From assembly GCA_951406725.2 (NCBI GenBank), contig OX597823.1:98890001-98954000 (forward strand): a stretch of 64,000 bases of DNA, read 5' to 3'. Origin of the DNA: Octopus vulgaris (lineage: Eukaryota). Positions within the stretch are counted from its first letter, which is position 1. Each line of letters starts with the position of its first letter. A model generated the notes under the pieces. It did not search any database and was not told the DNA's origin. It was given only the letters and a program-made list of their open reading frames with translations. A program made the position numbers and the translations under genes. This document shows positions 35,559 to 48,938 of the stretch, piece by piece.

Positions 35559-38500
35559 TCTACTGTACCATATTTTTTATTAGATAAATCAAGAAACTAA
35601 GTTGCTTAAAATTAATTAACATCATAGCGGGCAAAAATCTTACATCAAAAATGGATAAAAATTTTAAATACTTTCGTCATATCTCTTGTTCTTGTTAATC
35701 TTCAGTTTAATCCTAATCAAGTAGACCTATAGTCCAAAGCACTCCAGCCATGATCAGTCCATCTTATTTTTGGTTATAGTGCATCAGACTACATTATCCA
35801 TTGATATGTTCATCCATTTAAAAGAGAAAAAGAAAAGGACAGTAAAATTTTATTTGAAAGAGATTTGGTGGTTACAGCTAGCTGGTTGAGTAACAATGCA
35901 GGGGCAAAGTTTGCCCATTGGATGAAAAAAAATATTGAATTTTTCATGAATTTGCTTGTCATCTTTCTATCAGGTCATCCCATAAGTTCTGTCTGATTTT
36001 ACCTTTTTTAAAATTGAATGAAATTTAATAGTATTTTAGAATGTCTAATGGAATTAAAAATTATTTTTATGCATTTGTGTACATTTAAACTAATTAAATA
36101 TTATTTTACAGAATAATAGAATTAAAATTTCTTTGATTAAACTCTTTCAACATGGAAATATCCAAAGATACTTGAAGCGCTCACACATCCAGCACTCACA
36201 GCTTCCCCAATCGAAAAGGGTGCAATCGTCCCCCGCCCGTGCACACGTCACCTGCACACCCTTCCTCTTCTGGTCAGCTCCCCATCCACTGATGTCATTC
36301 CACATTCTCAGCATTGGAAGCTCTCCTGGCTGCTGTTTGGTCTGGGTTTTCATTTGCACAAAACTTTCTTTTCCTTGTTGCAGCCTAGGCTCTTTTGATT
36401 GCAATCTGATCCTCTGTTGGCAGAAATTTATTTTTACGAGGCATACTACTGCCATATGTGATAGGCAACAATAAACTACAAAAGAACTGATCACTGCATT
36501 TAAGTATTACATTAATATTTAAGCCTACCTTTTAAAAGTTCAATGATAATTCTTTTGCCACCACTTAATTTAAAGACAATTTGATGTATGTAGGTCCTTA
36601 CTTTTCATACAAATAATTATTTCTATTTCATGGGTGACTTTTGCTAGATTTCACAATTTATTTCAATTATTCCCAAATTTATTTCAAAGTTATAAAAATT
36701 GTTACTAATGCTAATAGCTTCATAGTTATGTACATACATACCTGTAGTGTGTGTCACACTTAGTGGAAAGGAAGAGCTAAAAAAAAGAGAAATGAAACTT
36801 CTTAAACAGAAGAAGTATATATAGTTGAAGTAAGAGGCAAAGCATCAAAGAATAGGAAGTAAGATAGAGTGAGAGTGAGAGAGAGAGAGAGGACATTGAT
36901 AACGCTGAGAGGTAAGAGAAATATACTGCATTAAACGCAGGAGAAAGGTTAGAGACAAGGAGACATAGAGGAGGGAAGGTGAAGAGAGAAAGATATATAG
37001 AGAGAGAGATTGAGTGAATGAACGGAGTGGAGAGAGAATGAGAGTGAAAGAGAATGAAGCTATTCTCAGAGAGAAACAGCTGGAAAACTTTTTGTTTTGG
37101 ACAAAAGCCATTGTCACAGTTATTCTATGCCATTTGAAAGGTATTTGTATAAAATTTCATTAAAAAATACCAATTTTCCTGAAAGTTATGAGGCAGAAAA
37201 TGTCAGGTCATGTGAATTTTCCAAAACTCCTCTCCCTAGCCACTCAGAAAAACTTTTTCCAACAAATCTTAACATTCACTCAATCAACAGGATCTAAGTG
37301 ATTATTTATGGAATTTATGAGGCAACAAAGTCAGAGGGGTATAAATCTGTAGTTATGCCCATAATTATTCGATAGTTATTAAATAAAGTCACTATTTACA
37401 GATGCTTACATTTTTTGTTTTCCGTGAAGTCTTCATGGGTCCAGCTAGTGAAAATTGTTATTGTACAAAAAAATTTGTTGCAAAAAATCACCAAATACAA
37501 TTGCAGTAATGAAGACTTAGGAACCCAAAATTTCCAGATTGTGGGCCCTGATTCAGCCCAGAATGTTTCAATTCACTCAACGAATCAGCCTGATTCCAAA
37601 ATGGTGTGATATGTTGGACTATGGCGTCTAGGAATAAAGCGTGACACACTGACATTCACATTTATTATATTAGGCATGTTTAATTCTACATTGTTAATAG
37701 GAAAGATAATTCTCTTTTGTGATAGTCCTCAGAATAAAGGACTATAAGAGTGAGGAAGAATAAAGACATATGAATTACAAAAAACAAGAGACAGAGGGAC
37801 TTGGAAGAGCAGCAGAAATGGAAGAGAAGTCTTGCCTTGCTTTGGATCCTTAACTCCTGGTGGAGTCATAGGGATACTGTCATGACATTTGGTATGTTTT
37901 GTACATTTAAACCCAACAGACCTCTCCCTCTCTGGGTCTAATCATACCTAATTTCTTCCAGACAGAGAGAGATAAAGAGAAGAAATGACCCCCAGTAATG
38001 GTGTGGTGCTTGATTTATCAACTTCAAAGAGGTGAAAGGCAAAGTTGATCTAAGTAAGATTTGAACTCAGAGCACAGAGAACTGCAACAAATACCTCAAA
38101 ACATCTTATGTAATGCTCCGATGACTCTGCAGAGTTAATGTTCAAATGACTTCACCTTATAAACAGAAAAGATACAGCACTAAGATAAAAGACATCCAAG
38201 GGTTGTCTGATTAGTTTCCATTGCAATCAAGAATGGGCCTTCCTGTAATCATAGGAAACGTGTGATCTAAATTGTGAAAGCAATCATGGTCCACAGACAT
38301 ATATTTTAACCTTTAGACCAATGACACAGGTATTTTTAGTTAAATGTCCTCTTATCTCTATTTACATGTCCTATACCTTATCCGCAGTAATCTCCTGCCA
38401 GAAAGCATTATCTTGGAGAGTAGGTCACACAATACTACAGAAGATTACAAGATAACAGGGAATTTCAAAGAGGAATAACAATATACCCAATGCCCTCTTG

Positions 38501-38857
38501 GGAATGTTTTCACTCATAAACTCCTGTTAAATTAATCTCAATACATCCCCCACTTAGTGTTTTAGCAAATCATTGCTTCAGATAAGCAACTAACCAAAAA
38601 CTGTTCAAAATTCAAATATATTTTATCTCCACAGAGAGCTTTGAATCTCTTTGCATAATTAAAATTATTATTTTTGAGCTGAAAACCTCCCTAAAACTTT
38701 ATAGCCTATTGAATTTTGAGAGATTCTACCTTCCCAGATCCAGGAAATAGTTTTGTTCTACCATGCCAAATTTCTTTCAGATAGAGTCCTGACCAATGCT
38801 TCATATCTTATCAGTAGAACTATGTTATACCTATGACAAAAACACTAAACCCTAAGT

Positions 38858-39114
38858 CTGTGGTTATCAACAGGGGTCTACACAGCCCTTGGGGGTCCAT
38901 ATAAGATTTTGTTGCTAAAATTTATGTCCAAATAAACTGGTTATATTTCTACAATACAGAAAATATTTAAACATTTTTTTAATAAAATTCCTAATGATAT
39001 TTAACCATAAAAATATAATAGGAGTTTTTCAACAAAGAACAGCTATGAGGGTCCCTCCCCCTTAGTAAAATAGGAGTGAAAAGGGTCCATAGGCAAAAAA
39101 TGGTTCAGAGCCAC
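38858..39114. mobile_element. hAT-type MITE
   Basis: Degenerate termini gtggtt.tcaac / ggtt.agagccac with internal ggggtccat repeats. Confidence 0.5.
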
Positions 39115-40319
39115 TACTCTAAATTAAATCAGGGTTCATTTTGGTCAATATTATGACGTAGATGTACAATGTCAGGTGTAAAAGAAGTATTACCCAAATA
39201 AGTATTTGGAATGTGGTTATCTAGAATAACCTATCACAGAATTATTATGTTCACACAGAACACACTCCATACTACTCAAATGTAGATATGATATTAAAGC
39301 AACACATGTGGCAACCAGTACGGTTGATTGACACTATCAACTGCAACTGACAGTTCACGCAGCTCTTTATTTATTCAAATCCATTCAGTCTACTTTCAGA
39401 CATGTGGCAGTGTACAGGATTCTCCCATAACAGTCTATGTTCAAATGACTCTACCAATGGGCAGAGTCAAAATGACCTGCAGTATTTGTTCTAGCCCTCA
39501 ATACTTTGAATTCATAGTTCTCTGAGGTCAACTTTGCTTTTCATTCTTTCAGTTCAGTTTAATGGATTGGGGGAATTGCTAACGCATTGGATGAGATGCC
39601 TTGTGGTATTTATTTTTTTGCATTTTTACATTCTCAATTCTCAAATGGTAGTCATTGCTTTGTTTAACACCACTACCAGGTTCTTGAGAGCTGTTTACAG
39701 ATTTCACTCAGTTGCAAACTTTCAGATCAGGTCATTTCTCCAAGTCTGAGGGTAACTTTCTCTCTTTCTCTCACCACTCTTAGAAACCACCACCATCACT
39801 GTAGTCACTGTCATCGTCGTCATCATGTCCACTTTGCCTTGCTTACATAGGGTGGATGGAATTTTGACGAGGCAGATTTTCTACTGTCTGATACCATTTC
39901 TGTCACCAACCCTCACCTGTTTCCAAGAATTAGACTTGTCTGACAAGTGATTGCATCTGAGATTGTGTGCTGAAACTTTTATAGCATGGAAAGAGTAGTG
40001 TAACTAGAGTGAGTGCCATGTCCAGGTCAGCCCTTGAGTTTACCCCCACTTCTCTGGGCTCCCAAGACTATACAGGCTTGCATAGCAGATCCAAAAGTAT
40101 TTCTCCCATAAAAGCTTTGTGCAGGGTGGATCCCCACCCCAAGCTGCAGTTAAATGACTGAAACAAGTAAAAGAATAAAAGAACAATATATATATATACA
40201 CAGATTAAAAAAGAATTTTGTTGAAGTAATTATCCCCACATGGTGAGTTATAATCTCAAGAAACAATAAAACACTAAGGGGAAACAAAATAAGACCCCAC
40301 ACCTCATCTAACCCTATAT

Positions 40320-41290
40320 ATCAACTCACAACCCAAGAAACAATGAGACATACAACAGCATTGTTTGAAATCTACCATTGCTCACTAGGGATCCAAAGAT
40401 GAACCTCATTCTACAAACACACAAATTCATCAAATGTAAAAAACAACCCAAATCAATGAAAAGACTACTGATAAATGCAAAGCTGTATACAACAATGAAA
40501 TTAAAAGTTAAAAAATGTTGATGTCCAAATTGTGGAACATGCCCCAAACTACTGGAAGTTTCAGAATTCAACTTCAAACAAGGAGAGAGATTTACAATTA
40601 AGACCAATTTCACTTGTGCATCTGAGAACTTAATTTATGTTATAACTTCTTCAGGTTGTAAACACAACTATATAGGCCAAACAAGTATGCCACTTAAATA
40701 GAGAACTACACTGCATGAGGAACAGATCTGTGTCCCAAGGTATAGACAGATACCTTTGAGTGAACACAATGTGCAGGGAATCTCCAACCAAACTTCATGG
40801 CTTTCTCCATCTATCAGTGCAAAGTAACAATTTCTGTACCAGAACGATTAAATAAAGAAAATATATTTATTAATAAATACAAAACAAACCTGAATATGAA
40901 TGCACAACCAATTTTGGTTTCAGTAACTATTTTAATTCATGACTGCAAATCCAAAACTGTAGATATTTCATCTCACTGCTTTAACTCACGAGTTTATGTA
41001 AATTTATTCTACCCATAAAGTGTAACCAACTAAATAATGGGCAATTATCTTGCCTGTCCTGAATAACAAACACCAATTACCTCCCTTTATATTTTTTACG
41101 TGCTGATTCATTTACAAACTCTTATACAACATGGACTAAAAACTTCTTAAGAAAATACGAAATTGTATTAATTTCAATGACATGCTCAGTGAAACTCAAA
41201 ACCGGTCAAATACCACAATACTTTAGCATTTAAAATATATTAAAATTATGTAAACTGTGTGCATTTTCCTTCTTTTATTATACGTATATA
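40320..41290 (+). mobile_element. Penelope-like element fragment (Cys-rich linker plus GIY-YIG endonuclease)
   Basis: CPNCGTC...FTCASENLIYVITSSGCKHNYIGQTS...H.EQI...E..FINKY..NLN, with stops. Confidence 0.82.
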
Positions 41291-41296
41291 TATATA

Positions 41297-41560
41297 TATA
41301 TTATAAAAATCCGTTCAGTCTGTCTGTCTGTCTGTTTTCTAGGATCTCGGGCATCCTCCATCCAATTGCGCTCAAATTTGATATGTAGATACTGACGGTA
41401 TCAGGGAGAGAATTTGCTTAGATGAAATAAGTCTTGAAAAAATTACAAAAATCGATTCCAGGTGAGAATGCGATCGATAAAGCCATGGTAACGTGCATTT
41501 GTACGTACAAGTACATCAGCTGTTGCGATTGATACTACGCATATGTGAGAAAAATGCACA
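41297..41560 (+). mobile_element. Helitron/DINE-like non-autonomous element 5' part
   Basis: AT-rich start, (GTCT)n microsatellite, then ccaattgcgctcaaatttg; 3' end not located. Confidence 0.4.
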
Positions 41561-42207
41561 TGGAGTTTGCACAAGAAAAGCTGGCTGGCTTGAAATAATG
41601 CCACTAACATCCCGTAAAGTAAGTTAGCTTAAAATTAGTTACTTAGTTCCCTAGATTGTTGCTTTTCATCAAAAATCGCCCCAAGTTGATTTCCTACATG
41701 TTTTATTGGATAAACTTATTATGTTCTCATAAATTCATTATGCTTTTCCATCTAGATTTACCTCCAGCTAACCCATTTGCATGCATCATTTTTGTCCTGC
41801 TTTTCTCCTATCAACCTGTACATAACTGCACCTTCCATTTTTTGTTGCTTTTGTACTGCTTAAAGGCATGTTTCTTTCCTGCCAAGCTCACTGTTTAAAC
41901 CGTGTTTGTGTTCTCCCAGTCAATAACCTTATCATTACTGGTACTTTAAACTCTTCGGTTGCCTATTTGTGTGAATAAAATCGTTTTTCTTTGGAATAGA
42001 AAAAAAGTCTATCTTTATTTCTTCTTTTGCTGGTGTCTCAAATTTAGGTTAAATCAGTGTTTCTCAAAGGGGAGGCCTATGGGACGGTCAGACAAGTTGT
42101 TTTGAGAAAATTTGGCTTAAATGTTTGACAACTCAGCACCGTCCATTGGACAGAGGTGGAGGGGGGCGTTTTGCTCGTACACACACACACACACACATAT
42201 ATATATA

Positions 42208-44380
42208 TTGAGATGCTTAAACAGCTGGCTATGTGGGCTATGGCCTAGTCACCCGCATTGTAAACCAGGTAGTTCATAATGGAGTCATACCCAATGACTG
42301 GCGTAGCAGCACCATAGTCAATGCTACAAGGGTAAGGGTGATGCTCTAGATAGAAATAACTACAGGGGTATCAAACTGTTGGATCAGGTGATGAAGGTCA
42401 CAGAGAGGGTCATAACCCATCTCATTAGGGAGAGAATTTGCTTAGATGAAATGCAGTTCATTTTTGTGCCGGGTAGAAGTACCACTGATGCTATATTCCT
42501 GGTCCGACAACTGCAGGAGAAGTACCTAGCTAAAGATAAACCCCTCTACATAGCTTTTGTGAACTTGGAGAAAGCCTTTGACAGGGTTCCCCGTTCCCTT
42601 ATCTGGTGGTTGATGCGGAAACTGGAGATTGACGAATGGCTAATAAGGGCTGTACAGGCTCTATACAGAGAAGCTGTCAGCAAGGTTAGGATTGGCAACG
42701 AATATAGTGAAGAATTCCGGGTAGAAGTAGGTGTGCACCAAGGCTCAGCCCTCAGTCCCCTTTTATTCGTCATAGTCCTCCAGGCAATAACAGAGGAATT
42801 CAAAACAGGATGCCCTTGGGAGCTCCTCTATGCTGATGACCTGGCTCTCATAGCAGAATCACTACCAGAACTAGAAAAGAAATTTTGGGTGTGGAAGCAA
42901 GGGTTAGAATCAAAGGGCCTTAGAGTAAATGTAGCAAAGACCAAAGTTATAGTAAGCAGAAAGGCAAACTCAGCACACACCCCATCGGGCAGGTGGCCCT
43001 GCTCGATCTGTAGGAAAGGTGTAGGTAGAAACTCCATAAGATGCACCCAGTGTAAGCTATGGACGCACAAGAGGTGCAGCAACATTAAAGGGAAATAAAT
43101 AGATAAGATAGCTTTCATGTGCGGCAGATGCACAGGGACAATAGACACCACAGACACTCAGAAAACAGATTCCATCACACTCCAGGGAGAGAAACTAGAA
43201 GTAGTTGATAGTTTCCGCTACCTGGGTGACCAAGTTAGTAGTGGAGGTGGATGCACAGAGAGTATCACCACTAGAATACGAATAGCCTGGGCAAAGTTCA
43301 GAAAGCTCCTACCCCTACTGGCGACAAAGGGTCTCTCCCTCAGAGCGAAAGGTAGATTGTATGATGCATGTGTGCGAACTGCCATGCTTCACGGCAGTGA
43401 AACATGGGCTGTGACTTCAGAGGACATGCGTAGACTTGAAAGAAATGAAGCTAGCATGATCCGCTGGATGTGTAATGTCAGTGTGCACGCATGACAGAGT
43501 GTAAGCACTCTGAGAGAAATGCTGGATATAAGAAGCATCAGATGTGGTGTGCAAGAGCGACGCTTGCGATGGTATGGTCATGTGCTGCGGATGGATGAGG
43601 AGAGATGTGTGAAGAAGTGCCACTCCCAAACAGTTGAAGGTATCAGGAGGAGAGGTAGACCCGGGAAGACATGGGATGAGGTAGTCAAGCATGACCTCAG
43701 AGCGTTGGGCCTCACTGAGGCAATGGCGATGGACCGAGATCTCTGGAGATATGCTGTGACTGCAAAGACCCGGGCTGCTTCCTGCATCAGTCCCGCATAG
43801 CCCCTGCCCATTCAAAGTACCCCGGATCCCAGAACGTCCCGCTGTGCTTGAGGAGACCTGTTGAGTCAAGTACATGAACATGAACGTCGAAATAAATATC
43901 AATAGAAATAGTAGTTGTGATGCCTGTGCCGGTGGCACATAAAAAGCACTATCCGAACGTGGCCGATGCCAGCGCTGCCCTGACTGGCTTCTGTGCCAGT
44001 GGCACATAAAATGCACCATCCGAACGTGGCCAATGCCAGCGCCGCCCCGACTGGCTCCTGTGCCGGTGGCACATAAAAAGACCATCCGAACGTTGCCAGC
44101 GCCACCTTGGCTGGCTTCCATGCTGCTGGCACGTTAAAAGCTCCAACCGATCGTGACCGATGCCGGACTTCCCCCTGGCACCTGTGCAGGTGGCATGTAA
44201 AAAGCACCCATTACACTCGCGGAGTGGTTGGCGTTAGGAAGGGCATCCAGCCGTAGAAACTCTGCCAGATCAGGCTTGAGCCTGGAGCAGCCCCTGGCTT
44301 CCCAGACCCCGGTCGAACCGTCCAACCCGTGCTAGCGCGGAAAATGGACGTTAAACAATGATGATGATGATGATGATGAT
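42208..44380 (+). mobile_element. 5'-truncated RTE-clade LINE: RT, PHD-like finger, C-terminus, tandem-repeat 3' UTR, (GAT)n
   Basis: NYRGIKLL, KAFDRV, GVHQGS.LSP.LF, LLYADD; ORFs 42379, 43117 and 43519 share one frame, broken by two stops. Confidence 0.95.
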
Positions 44381-45837
44381 ATATCATTTATACATATACA
44401 TCTATATAAAAAGCATATACTTTTATTTGTTTGTGTGTGTGTGTATGTGTTTAATAGGATAAAATAATTTAATCTATTAATGTTTAAGAGAACTCATGGT
44501 AAACCTTTAAACCTCAACAGAAATCTATCTAGTTAAATGACTCCTACCATATTTCTTAATCTACTATAGTACTGTTAACCTTGTTGAACTATGACCTCAC
44601 TCCAGTTATAAGGAAAGGGTTTACTTGCTGCAACTGATAAGCCTACTGAGAATCGATGTATTATTGAAGTTTTATAGTGTATGCTCAAAAATGATAATAT
44701 CCAGGTTAAGTTTAAGCACATAAGCAAAGTAATGCAAAAGAATCTTCAAATTTTATGACTGTCTCAACAAACAGAAGAAGAAAAAAGAAATTTCATGAAA
44801 GATCAAGACTTTATGATTGTTGAAACTTCAATAAGAATTGAGCTTAAGTCATAGAAAAAGGAGTGGGTCATCCCAATGAAAAGAGTAAAATAAGAGTATC
44901 TGGTTAAAGCTCTATCCGAGCCAACCATCATTACACCTTTCAGCTGGATTCCCAAGCATGACCAACTGATACTATGGATATTATCAAACCATCTCCCTTT
45001 TGAAGTACCCCTAAGTCTCTTGTAGGTTGTCTTAACTTGAAGAATCTATCTTGTGATTCTTTATTGCAACCTTCTAATCACATGACTATAGTACTGGAGC
45101 TGTAACCTCTCAATTCAGAGAAGTAGTGGCTTGACCTGGAGAGACTCACCAATCTCTAAGCTTTGCACACCTCGTTGAGTAACATTATTCCAGAGATCCA
45201 AGGTGGTGAGCTGGCAGAATCATTAGCATGCTGAGCAAAATGCTTGGCAGTATTTTGTCTGTCTTTACATTCTGAGTTCAAATGCTGCAAAGGTCAACTT
45301 TGCCTTTCATTCTTTTGGGGTCAATAAATTAAGTACCAGTGAAACACTGGGGTCAATATAATCGACTAGTACCCTCCCCCAAAATTTCAGGCATTGTGTC
45401 TATAACAGAAAGGGTTATTCCAGAGATCCTTTGAAGGAACTTCATTTTAGCCACTTGTATTCACAATTGTCCTCTCCCTGTCATGACAACAAGTGAGGAA
45501 AGGCACAAAAACCAAATTGAAGATAACAAGTTTCACTTCTTTTTTTTTACCTTCTCTTCTCTTCTGAATGTCAAATGTTGAATATGGTGCATCACTGTTC
45601 CAGTACCTACAATTGTTGCATCCAATTCATCCTCTTGCCGCCCATCACTAATGAATACAGCCAACAAGGATTCTATGGAGAAGGTGCCTGACAACTCTAC
45701 CCTCACAACCCTCCCAGGAAGAGTGGGTATAGAAAACGGATGGATAGATGGAAATATAGTCTTCTTCACCCTATGGTAAGGCTAATCAATTTTTAAGTCA
45801 GTCAGTCTAACTTAATGTCACAACAGCTGTCCAAAAG

Positions 45838-45931
<94 letters not shown>

Positions 45932-45933
<2 letters not shown>

Positions 45934-46626
45934 ATAAGGGACTAAAGCCATCTGAATATGGCTAGGGACAGGGCAGGGTGGTGGGGGTGTTACTGTTGCA
46001 TTTAGCCCCAGGCGAACATCGACGTCGCTAGATAGGCTTGACACCGTCACGGTGTCCTTTAACCTGCAAAGGGAGATAATTCCCGATGAAGCGGAAACCA
46101 CACACGGACCATGGTTTCAAGGTGTATTGCCTATCGTCAACGTGTGGTAGGCCTCCGCTTCCTCGACGAAATCTCACTCTGCAGGTTATTCATATATAGA
46201 TTTTCAAGCAAAATACATTTGCTGATTTCGAAAATCTGTTCGACAGCAATAATAATTCTCTAAAAGAGATATAGACAGTAACTGCTCGATAACATAAGGG
46301 ACTAAAGCCATCTGAATATGGCTAGGGACAGGGCAGGGTGGTGGGGGTGTTAGGAAGCAGAGGCCTACCACACGTTGACGATAGGCAATACACCTTGAAA
46401 CCATGGTCCGTGTGTGGTTTCCGCTTCATCGGGGAATTATCTCCCTTTGCAGGTTAAAGGACACCGTGACGGTGTCAAGCCTATCTAGCGACGTCGATGT
46501 TCGCCTGGGGCTAAATGCAACAGTAACACCCCCACCACCCTGCCCTGTCCCTAGCCATATTCAGATGGCTTTAGTCCCTTATGTTATCGAGCAGTTACTG
46601 TCTATATCTCTTTTAGAGAATTATTA
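45932..46626. repeat. 360-bp structured unit in direct plus inverted arrangement (Penelope pLTR- or retrozyme-like)
   Basis: Unit 45932-46291, partial direct copy 46292-46352, near-identical inverted copy 46352-46626. Confidence 0.8.
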
Positions 46627-47463
46627 TATATATATATCATTTGTAGAAAACAAATCTGAAAGAAGAAGCACACTCTAAGATGTAGAGCAGTATATATTAA
46701 AAATGGGGGAGGCTGGTTTATGGGATTACCTTAGGTTTCCTGTCCATAATGGGTTAAGCTTTATGGCATATAGTAAGATCCGAAAAACCTGTTGTTTCTA
46801 GCACAACCCGAACCACCCTCCTTTTTCACTCTCACATGTATTGATGCTTTTTCAATATTTTTCTCCCATTAAACACATTTTATGGAATGATGATGCCGCA
46901 GTAACACACATGTAGTCTATTGGTGGCAAATAAGCATCAAAATAAATTGTATTAAAATGAATTATCATTTACATAACTCTTTTTTTAAATCACTGTGCTG
47001 GTTGTGAAGATATGAAATGAAGTGGTGAAGAATTATCTCAAGAGTTTGAATCTCATGGAAGAGGTGACCAATGGGGTCACTGACAATATGCAGTGTTCAA
47101 GAAGACCCACCCATCATGGCAAAATTGAGTTTGTGGGAGCATGATGTCAGTATACACCATGTGCATCTATCTAGCTACATATGCAGACACAAAATACACA
47201 TGCATGCATGCACACACACACACACACACGTATGTATATGTGTCAGAGAATGTTATAAATATACCAAGTGTTTTTTCTTTCTTTTCTGGATCAATTTCCC
47301 AGCCAGAAGACCAGATGATGGTGGGGGAAAAAATCTGTTAGTAGTCTTTGAAATACTTTCAAATACTGCGCATACACTATCAAAGTAAATTTTCGTATTA
47401 GTTCTTTGTTATACTTTTGATTTATTTATTTTGAGTGGTGAATGTTAAATCAATTCTTAAATC

Positions 47464-48938
47464 TACATGGTCTGTCCAAAAACAAACCAAACTTTAACTG
47501 AAAAACAAATTTACTGCTTTACAAACAATTTAATCAAATTTTGTCACCATCAAAATAGTTCTTCCTCATTGTTGAATCACAGTTTGGATTAGGTCTGAAA
47601 TGCCCTTTTCAGAGTAATGCACAATCTTAGAGTTAATTTTCTTCGATTTCTCTAAGCATTTGGAATTGGTGACCTTTCAGAGTGGGTTTTAATTTTGAGA
47701 ACAAAAATGTCCATTGATGCAAACTCTAGTGAGTAGGATGGCTGTGAAATGACAGTCATCTCAAACTTTTCAAAAAACTCAGTTAAGAAGAGACACACGA
47801 GCAAGTTTGTTCTTGTGGAGCAGTCTCAAGGTTTTGTTCTTTCATACCTGAGATTTCAAACTTCCTCAGGACATCCAAGTAGAATGTTTTGTTGATTGTA
47901 GGATGACACAGAGCAAACTCATCACAAATAATACCCTCCGAACAGAAAACACTGACTTACTTTTGGGGAGCTGCAGTCATGATGATCCAGGTCACTGCAA
48001 TGACTGCCGTTTTGTCTCAACATCATCATAGCCAAACACTCACACTTCATCCCCTGTTATGATGGTTTTCAGAAAGTTTTCATCAGCATTTGAATAACCA
48101 AACAGCTCTTGACAGACTGCAAATTAGTTCTCATTTTGTTCATCTGTCAGCAGATGCAGCTGAAATTGTAAGGCAGCTTCATACATCCTCAAATTTTCTT
48201 TAACCCTTTTGTATTCAGATTTTTCTATCAGATGTAAGACTTATTCATTCACATTGTTTTAAATTAATTATGCATTGTCTTGTAGCTTCAGAATTATGAC
48301 GATGTGATTGCTTATTTTTAGAACGACACTGTAGTTTAAGTGTGAGAAGCTAAATTTGGCTGGTTTGAGGATTGGTCGAATATGGTCAGTTTAACTGCTA
48401 AAGGATTAAAAATCCATGTGGCTCAAAATTTTGCAGATACTTACTTCTTTGGAAACTTCACAGACAATCAAGCAACGATTTTCATAGATGACCACTCACG
48501 TTTTCACAATGTGGTTATTAGCCATCATCACAGAAGGGATCATCCAGATTTGGGATCACCTTCAGTCAATCTTCTTTTCAATTTGAAACACTGGTGCCAC
48601 TCATGACATTGCATACAGCTCAAATAATCTTTCCTGTAAGCCTGGTCTAACATTAAAGGAATTTGCATTAAAGCTTTTCTCAGTCTGAAATAGAATTTCA
48701 GGTAAACATATTATCTTTCGATTCCTTCATTGTTCAACTTGTGACAAATTACCAAGTAGACTAAATATGCATTCACTCTAGCAAATGTAGATCAATGACC
48801 AAATGATATGATGTCATTCGGTTATTATCAGACTGAAGAACAAGGGCACTCATAAGCAGCTGTACCGTCAAAAGCGCCCTCAGCTGGCTGGTTAGAGTGT
48901 TGTTTTAAAAGTTTGGTTTCTTCTTGAACAGACCTCAT
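47464..48938 (-). mobile_element. Decayed mariner-like transposon
   Basis: Imperfect TIRs (ggtctgt.caa.aa.aaaccaaacttt) at both ends; degenerate transposase on the minus strand. Confidence 0.65.
48204..48405. mobile_element. TTAA-flanked MITE (piggyBac/Kolobok-like) inside the mariner relic
   Basis: TTAA-CCCTTT...AAAGGA-TTAA termini. Confidence 0.6.

Noticed and set aside
46060-46190. Canonical hammerhead, HDV, twister or SECIS in the 360-bp unit
   Set aside because: CCGATGA/GAAA lack a stem I, and the HDV, twister and SECIS pairings could not be completed; kept only as an unexplained structure.
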